Part shown: piece by piece, positions 58,780 through 64,000 of the stretch
Numbering within the stretch: the stretch's first letter is position 1
Layout of the letters: every line of letters begins with the position of its first letter
DNA from: a virus
Strand: one strand, 5' to 3'
Virus record (IMG/VR): IMGVR_UViG_3300024999_000073
Coordinates: 1-64,000 of that record
Length of the DNA: 64,000 nucleotides
The notes under the pieces: generated by a model
Database searches by the model: none
Told to the model about the DNA's origin: nothing
The model's input: the letters and a program-made list of their open reading frames with translations, nothing else
Translations under genes and position numbers: made by a program

Positions 58780-59100
58780 TCAATCTGTTACACGACGTGG
58801 TGCAGCTGGGGTATATTCGCGTTGGCGCACAACCCAATACTCGCCAGGCACAATTTCAACAGCATTATGCTCCTGATGATCGACTGTGGTTGGTTCTGCA
58901 ACCACTAACAGCATACGCTCATCAACTTGAAAAAGCTGAGCGCAAGCAGCGTCGATGCTGTGGTGGTGTCCTGTGGCCTCGCCACGCGCCAGGATTAGCC
59001 GGGCGTTTTCTGGTGCAATGACTTTCATGTTTCCACGTTGTTCTTTCCTCGTCCTCACGGAGATAAGTAGAACATCGCCTTGCCTTAGTTGTTTCTTCAT
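58780..59100 (-). CDS. RQGDV...GExTGHxH protein (usual neighbour of DUF6745)
   Basis: RQGDVLL; LARGEATGHHH; HQEH; RQREY. Confidence 0.8.
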   Translation of the reverse strand: MKKQLRQGDVLLISVRTRKEQRGNMKVIAPENARLILARGEATGHHHSIDAACAQLFQVDERMLLVVAEPTTVDHQEHNAVEIVPGEYWVVRQREYTPAAPRRVTD

Positions 59101-59114
59101 TTCGATCTCCTTTT

Positions 59115-60602
59115 CTATGACTGAACTTCTGGCTTATACTCATGTTCTTGTAAGCCGAACGTCCAGGCAATCGCTTGCCTGGGAGTCGCCATATCAGGTG
59201 GGACACGTAAATAATAATTCTTGTACGTTCCATCTTGTTCGGGCGTTGAATTCTTAACCTCAACAATGACGATTAGCTCATCATTAGCTACTTCGCGCCG
59301 AAAGAGTGTACCAAAATCATCTTCGATGTATATTTTTGATCCAGAAGCGAAAAGATAATTCTCTGCACCAATCTGATCTATCATCACACGCCTGATCTCA
59401 ACATTAGTCTCGGCGTCAATCTTTGACACAGTGATCTCTTGTGGTCTCTCAATCACGTATTCTGGCACCATAACGCCATGCACGGCATAGATTTTCCACC
59501 CATCTGAGAATGTGACTGCGGGTCCAGAATCGTTGTGCATTCGCCAACGATCATCCATACCAATGAATATTGGTCTATCGCAAACAAAGCATACATTCTC
59601 GAATGGATACCACCAAAATGAATTCTCTGCCAGATTTTTCCAATGATTCAAAATTATCATCTGGTCATCGGTGTGCATTGGGCGTAATTTTTCATGGGGA
59701 TAAAGGTAAAATGAAATCCAATTTGAATCTAAACTTCCCCATAAACTTGTTGGGATAAATTCTATTTTGCTGTTATCCCGCAGGTTATCCCCCAGGTTAG
59801 CCCACAGGTTATTCTCCAGGTTCTCCCCCAGGTTAGCCCCCAGGTTATCCCACAGGTTATCCCGCAGGTTATCCCCCAGGTTAGCCCGCAGGTTATCCCC
59901 CAGGTTAGCCCGCAGGTTATCCCCCAGGTTAGCCCCCAGGTTAGCCCACAGGTTATTCTCCAGGTTCTCCCCCAGGTTATCCCCCAGGTTATCCCCCAGG
60001 TTCTCCCCCAGGTTATCCCGCAGGTTATCCCACAGGTTAGCCCGCAGGTTATCCCGCAGGTTAGCCCCCAGGTTAGCCCACAGGTTAGCCCGCAGGTTAT
60101 CCCCCAGGTTCTCCCACAGGTTAGCCCGCAGGTTATCCCGCAGGTTAGCCCGCAGGTTATCCCGCAGGTTAGCCCCCAGGTTAGCCCACAGGTTAGCCCG
60201 CAGGTTATCCCCCAGGTTATCCCACAGGTTAGCCCCCAGGTTAGCCCGCAGGTTCTCCCCCAGGTTATCCCACAGGTTAGCCCGCAGGTTATCCTCCAGG
60301 TTATCCCCCAGGTTATCCCACAGGTTATTCTCCAGGTTCTCCCCCAGGTTATCCCCCAGGTTAGCCCACAGGTTATCCCACAGGTTAGCCCACAGATTGA
60401 TGACTACAACAGCAGTCAATGGACTTTTACAATGCCATATAATCGGCGGCTTTTTATTTATCGTCATGTAGAATTTGTCTATCGTTGGCCTGATCGCTCT
60501 CAGATTGGCTGGACCCGTAGATAAGCCGATCTTTCGCCATTTCTCTCGGAAGGCGATCATTTCAAGTTCTTGTTCAGGCGTTAATGATTGTATTTTGCTC
60601 AT
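59115..60602 (-). CDS. DUF6745-like protein with ~52 tetrapeptide repeats
   Basis: WWYPFENVCFVCDRP; H...GPAV.FSDGW..YAVHGV; NSTPE.DG; LRVPP; AIAWTF. Confidence 0.8.
   Translation of the reverse strand: MSKIQSLTPEQELEMIAFREKWRKIGLSTGPANLRAIRPTIDKFYMTINKKPPIIWHCKSPLTAVVVINLWANLWDNLWANLGDNLGENLENNLWDNLGDNLEDNLRANLWDNLGENLRANLGANLWDNLGDNLRANLWANLGANLRDNLRANLRDNLRANLWENLGDNLRANLWANLGANLRDNLRANLWDNLRDNLGENLGDNLGDNLGENLENNLWANLGANLGDNLRANLGDNLRANLGDNLRDNLWDNLGANLGENLENNLWANLGDNLRDNSKIEFIPTSLWGSLDSNWISFYLYPHEKLRPMHTDDQMIILNHWKNLAENSFWWYPFENVCFVCDRPIFIGMDDRWRMHNDSGPAVTFSDGWKIYAVHGVMVPEYVIERPQEITVSKIDAETNVEIRRVMIDQIGAENYLFASGSKIYIEDDFGTLFRREVANDELIVIVEVKNSTPEQDGTYKNYYLRVPPDMATPRQAIAWTFGLQEHEYKPEVQS
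59772..60398 (-). repeat. ~52 x 12-bp coding tandem repeat, NL(W/R/G/E)(D/A/E/N)
   Basis: Unit CAGGTTA(T/G)CCC(C/G/A) on the + strand. Confidence 0.95.
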
Positions 60603-60603
60603 C

Positions 60604-60858
60604 TTAGGTCTCTTCTTTATAGTGGTAGAAAGTCTCCGCTACTAGGTGGAAATAGGCCAGTACCTTGACGGGAATTGTGGGGATGCGCCCTCTGACATAA
60701 TCGTTGAGGAACTGGACGCTCATCCCGCAGGCTTTGGCAAACTTGCGCTGAGACCCCATCTTTTCGATCTCAAGCCAAACCATAGCAGCGACATCGACAG
60801 TGGACAGAATAACGTCAACAAGTACCTTTTCTTCAGCTTCGGTATGTGTATGCGCCAT
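60604..60858 (-). CDS. Small HTH (Cro/XRE-like) protein
   Basis: SQRKFAKACGMSVQFLNDYVRG. Confidence 0.6.
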   Translation of the reverse strand: MAHTHTEAEEKVLVDVILSTVDVAAMVWLEIEKMGSQRKFAKACGMSVQFLNDYVRGRIPTIPVKVLAYFHLVAETFYHYKEET

Positions 60859-60864
60859 ATTACC

Positions 60865-61329
60865 TCACTCGTCATCGTTGGCTATGATCTGGCAGGCGAA
60901 GTTCAAAGCCCGCCCAAGAGCAATTTCACGGCCAATCTTGCAATTGTAACTATCCTTAACAGAGCAGACCGCGGTTCCGCCATACACATATTGGCCTTGA
61001 TTTCCAACAATGATCGAGACTTCAGTCAAGCCGCCTCTGGTTTGCAAAGTGCCACTATTGTCGTGTTTTGTCTTTTTGCAGCGCATCTGGCGCTGAAGCA
61101 TAAAGACTGGACGCCCTTTGGTATCCACTCCAATGCCATATCGCCGGTAATGTTCGACAGTAATATTCCAGATCACGCAGTCCGATGGAATTCGTCTCAA
61201 CAGGCGTGTCTCTTGGGTATACAGCGGAATGACTCTACGCAGCATTTGGTGTCCATCGAATGTTACGATTTCATTCTTGTCTTTCTTTACTAGCTCAGGT
61301 TGCTCGTCCACTTCTTTCTCCTTTATCAA
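60865..61329 (-). CDS. Conserved-type phage protein
   Basis: RGGLT...G.AVCS.KD.YN.KIGREIALGRA. Confidence 0.65.
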   Translation of the reverse strand: MIKEKEVDEQPELVKKDKNEIVTFDGHQMLRRVIPLYTQETRLLRRIPSDCVIWNITVEHYRRYGIGVDTKGRPVFMLQRQMRCKKTKHDNSGTLQTRGGLTEVSIIVGNQGQYVYGGTAVCSVKDSYNCKIGREIALGRALNFACQIIANDDE

Positions 61330-61619
61330 CTGTCTCCATACTCTTGAGGATGTCCTGGATGCCCTTCGATTCTTTCACTCAAATCTTCACTCTGATTGTC
61401 TTGCGAAGCCTTGATGAGTGTTCGAGTCCATTCGATCTTTCGAGACGCCTCGAAGTTTCCACATTTGTCGCAGAACATCATGAACGTCTTTGGCGGCACA
61501 AAGCCATATACGCTGACATGTTCTCTCGAATGCCCATACGGGCATCCTGGAAGATAATAGAGATAATGATCTCCCAAGTATTGCTTTATCAGGGTGTCCA
61601 ATTCACTAAAATAGCCCAT
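61326..61619 (-). CDS. Zinc-ribbon hypothetical protein
   Basis: CPYGH...CDKCG. Confidence 0.5.
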   Translation of the reverse strand: MGYFSELDTLIKQYLGDHYLYYLPGCPYGHSREHVSVYGFVPPKTFMMFCDKCGNFEASRKIEWTRTLIKASQDNQSEDLSERIEGHPGHPQEYGDS

Positions 61620-61670
61620 AGCTCACCTAATTTAATTATGCGAATGTTCGCATATTATCATTCGAGATGC

Positions 61671-61925
61671 TCACTCCAGCGTCGCTTCTTCGTCGGCGTT
61701 TTTGAGTTGCTCTCCGCTCAACTCTCGCTCGCGCCAGACTTTCAGGGTTTGGATATCAATCATGGCGGCCTGGATGTCCAGGTTCCGTGCGTTGATGAGC
61801 GCGGTTTTATGCTCGATCATGCGAGTAATAGCAGACTCTAGAGACTCGAAATACTCGAACTCATCTTTCTTGAGGATAGACCGGTATGTTAGGCCATCTC
61901 CAAAGAGACACTTCTCGTGTTTCAT
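61671..61925 (-). CDS. Hypothetical coiled-coil protein
   Basis: 84 aa; in operon. Confidence 0.5.
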   Translation of the reverse strand: MKHEKCLFGDGLTYRSILKKDEFEYFESLESAITRMIEHKTALINARNLDIQAAMIDIQTLKVWRERELSGEQLKNADEEATLE

Positions 61926-62400
61926 GATTGTTCATCCGGCTTTGTCAGGTACGCACTCAGGTCTGATGCGATCTGCGCGCGCATCTCTGTTTTCTTGACC
62001 ACGAATGGCAACTCCAAGACTTTTGCAGCCTTCCCAAAAGCAGACTTGTTGAGGGTCAATGCCGATGGGCAGTTCTGAGATGCCCACCATTCTGCCCTAA
62101 GCGCCCCGTCCCCGAATGGCATTAATGCCACGAAGGGTCGGCCATGTTGGATAGAGGGTCGCACTATCCCCAATGAACGTTTGACATGGCGAATTTCAGT
62201 TCATTGGTAGAGCATCGACCTTGTCCAGCGGGCGCATTGGGCAAAGCAGAATCCCCACGCCAGTCTGCCATACGGAGGACAATCAATGTCCGACCCGTGC
62301 CAGTTATACCCATTTTAGCCTGGGTTATAGGCCCGTCACCCATAGGTCGCACGGCGCATGTTGGCAGGTGATTCTGCGAACGTCTTAGGTTATAAAGGTG

Positions 62401-62643
62401 CTATCCGTCTCTAGATTCTCGTACATAAGCTGGTTGTCGTGTAACTTCCATAGCGAGTTTCACACGCGGGCACGTCATCCGGTCTTGCTTGAAGCCTAAC
62501 TTCTTGTAGATCGCACTCATGTGGTTCTTGACTGTGCCAGGCTGGATATTCAATATCTCAGCGATTGCATTGTTGGAATATCCATAAGCTACCAGGCCCG
62601 CAATCTGGTGCTCGCGCTTAGATAAATCGGTGAAGTCGCTCAT
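62401..62643 (-). CDS. LuxR/GerE-type HTH regulator
   Basis: LSKREHQIAGLVAYGYSNNAIAEIL...TVKNHMSAIYKKLG. Confidence 0.9.
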   Translation of the reverse strand: MSDFTDLSKREHQIAGLVAYGYSNNAIAEILNIQPGTVKNHMSAIYKKLGFKQDRMTCPRVKLAMEVTRQPAYVRESRDG

Positions 62644-62762
62644 TATAGCTTGGCGACGATATACTTCAGGGTGTCGATCAACTCGCGGAGATCGTTGACC
62701 TGGCTCCGCTGTTGAGTTCGACTGCAACAGAAAGTATTGGTTTCAGTTTTAGTTCTGCCATC

Positions 62763-62972
62763 TTATGATCTTTTAGACTTAATTCCAGGGCGATAAAAGA
62801 ATATTGACGATAAAAGCAATAGCCCGAAAGCCTGCCAGAAATCGATTAATGGCAGACCAAAGATATCAGGGCATAACGCATTCCAAAGTAACATGGTTAT
62901 CCATGATGTCAGTGCAGCTAGACCTATTGCCGCGGCTATTATTACTACAAAATCAAAGAGTACGATTTTCAT
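62763..62972 (-). CDS. Small membrane protein
   Basis: LWN...P.IFGLP.I.FWQA.GL motif; RBS AGGAG. Confidence 0.7.
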   Translation of the reverse strand: MKIVLFDFVVIIAAAIGLAALTSWITMLLWNALCPDIFGLPLIDFWQAFGLLLLSSIFFYRPGIKSKRS

Positions 62973-63481
62973 CTTATAATCTCCTGTGTATGCTATCTAT
63001 CATATCACAATAACAGGCGGGTTTCAGGCCAGTTTCTGATCTCCCGCACAATCTTGCGAATGTTCACCGATTACATCTCCGGCTGTAAGTTGTGGCAAGT
63101 CCGCATCCCGCCAGGTGCCATCGATGATATTCATGGCTTCATCCATCGCAGCCAGAACCGCTTTCATTGTTGCTGTTTTTCCACATGCGCGTTCATAAAC
63201 TACGTGAATGCGAATGTTCACGGGTTTGTTCTCCGGCTGATAGCTGGGGCACATCCGCATCTCTACATGTGCCTTCAATGATAACAAATGTGTCTTCAAT
63301 GATAACAAAACCTTCCCGTATTGCAGCTCCTACCGGCGATACTCCCCATCGAATATGAAGATCGGGTTGCTGATCCCATCGATATATAGTCGGATCATCT
63401 GTATCTGGTACAGCCCAAAATTTTTCAAAGAAATATGAGGGAATGCCGAAAGAACGGGCAATGAGTTCTCTGCAAATTTCA

Positions 63482-64000
63482 TCAAAATCCATTGGGGAAC
63501 TCCTGTACGCGCAAATCCTCAGGCCATTCAGCGGGATCGGTGCGCTGATCCGGCCAGCCCCCAAGCTGTTTAACGTATGCTTTGACTTGCGCCTCCCTAC
63601 ATTGGTTAAGGATACTCCGCGCCCAATCCAAGTTCATCGGACGCGCGCCAGGGCCACTCTCTCCGCCAATAAGAATCCAGTCTATCGAGGCATCGGGATC
63701 AGAGACGAAACTTTGAAATGTCATCGTCATTGGCCCGTTGTTCTCAAAACCGTCTGGCTGGATGTATGACCAGTTCTCTGGAAGTTTTACCAGCCCCAAC
63801 ATCGGCTCGACGCTCACGAACCTAACCAATGCTGGGGTTTGTAGCAACAATGGTATGCGCTCATCTGCCCGTTTTTGATTCTCTGCGGTAACTCCTAACC
63901 AAACATTAGGCTGACCATTACTCCAATCAGGAGGCAAACAAGTATCCATACGCTCTGGCCTCTTGGTGAGAATGAGGAACAAATGTTGTGAACATTCACG
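63482..64000 (-). CDS. Phage Gp37/Gp68 (DUF5131) family protein (5' truncated)
   Basis: LILTKRPER; NVWLGVTAENQ; FVSVEP; WILIGGESG; KQLGG; frame open to window end. Confidence 0.9.
   Translation of the reverse strand, partial: RECSQHLFLILTKRPERMDTCLPPDWSNGQPNVWLGVTAENQKRADERIPLLLQTPALVRFVSVEPMLGLVKLPENWSYIQPDGFENNGPMTMTFQSFVSDPDASIDWILIGGESGPGARPMNLDWARSILNQCREAQVKAYVKQLGGWPDQRTDPAEWPEDLRVQEFPNGF

Noticed and set aside
59772-60398. CRISPR array
   Set aside because: Contiguous 12-bp coding repeats with no spacers, and no cas operon in the window.
59767-60471. 234-aa + strand RLSP/RLAH-repeat ORF
   Set aside because: Antisense shadow of the 12-bp repeat in the DUF6745-like gene; no RBS.

Overview
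This window is most of a long-tailed (siphovirus-like) dsDNA phage genome, with genes cut off at both window edges. The layout is: 1-22.7 kb, tail and receptor-binding module (duplicated adaptor and tail-tube genes, LRR, pectate-lyase and LamG cargo domains, tail chaperone with a probable +1 frameshift, 1444-aa tape measure, Dit, Gp37-like hub, beta-helix spike); 22.8-23.5 kb, holin-like genes; 24.8-35.2 kb, replication and DNA metabolism (RNA ligase, initiator plus DnaC-like loader, LexA-type HTH, VRR-NUC, a methyltransferase with 8 SPPY/F repeats, LmbU-like HTH); 35.4-47 kb, a leftward early/host-takeover cluster (MoxR AAA+ plus vWA and many small genes); 47.8-57.1 kb, terminase, portal, protease/scaffold and major capsid; 57.2-64 kb, a second leftward accessory cluster. 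No integrase, endolysin, reverse transcriptase, tRNA or CRISPR array was recognised. The strongest unexplained signals are cis-acting: (1) a pair of motifs that occurs three times at a fixed 716-717 bp spacing around unrelated interiors; (2) a ~310-nt structured ncRNA candidate inside one of these units; (3) a 14-bp palindrome found 17 times, including in-frame within genes; (4) an extended RBS (AAGGAGTCT) in front of 11 early genes. The host is possibly Chloroflexota (weak inference). All family calls are by eye from motifs and synteny; no searches were run.
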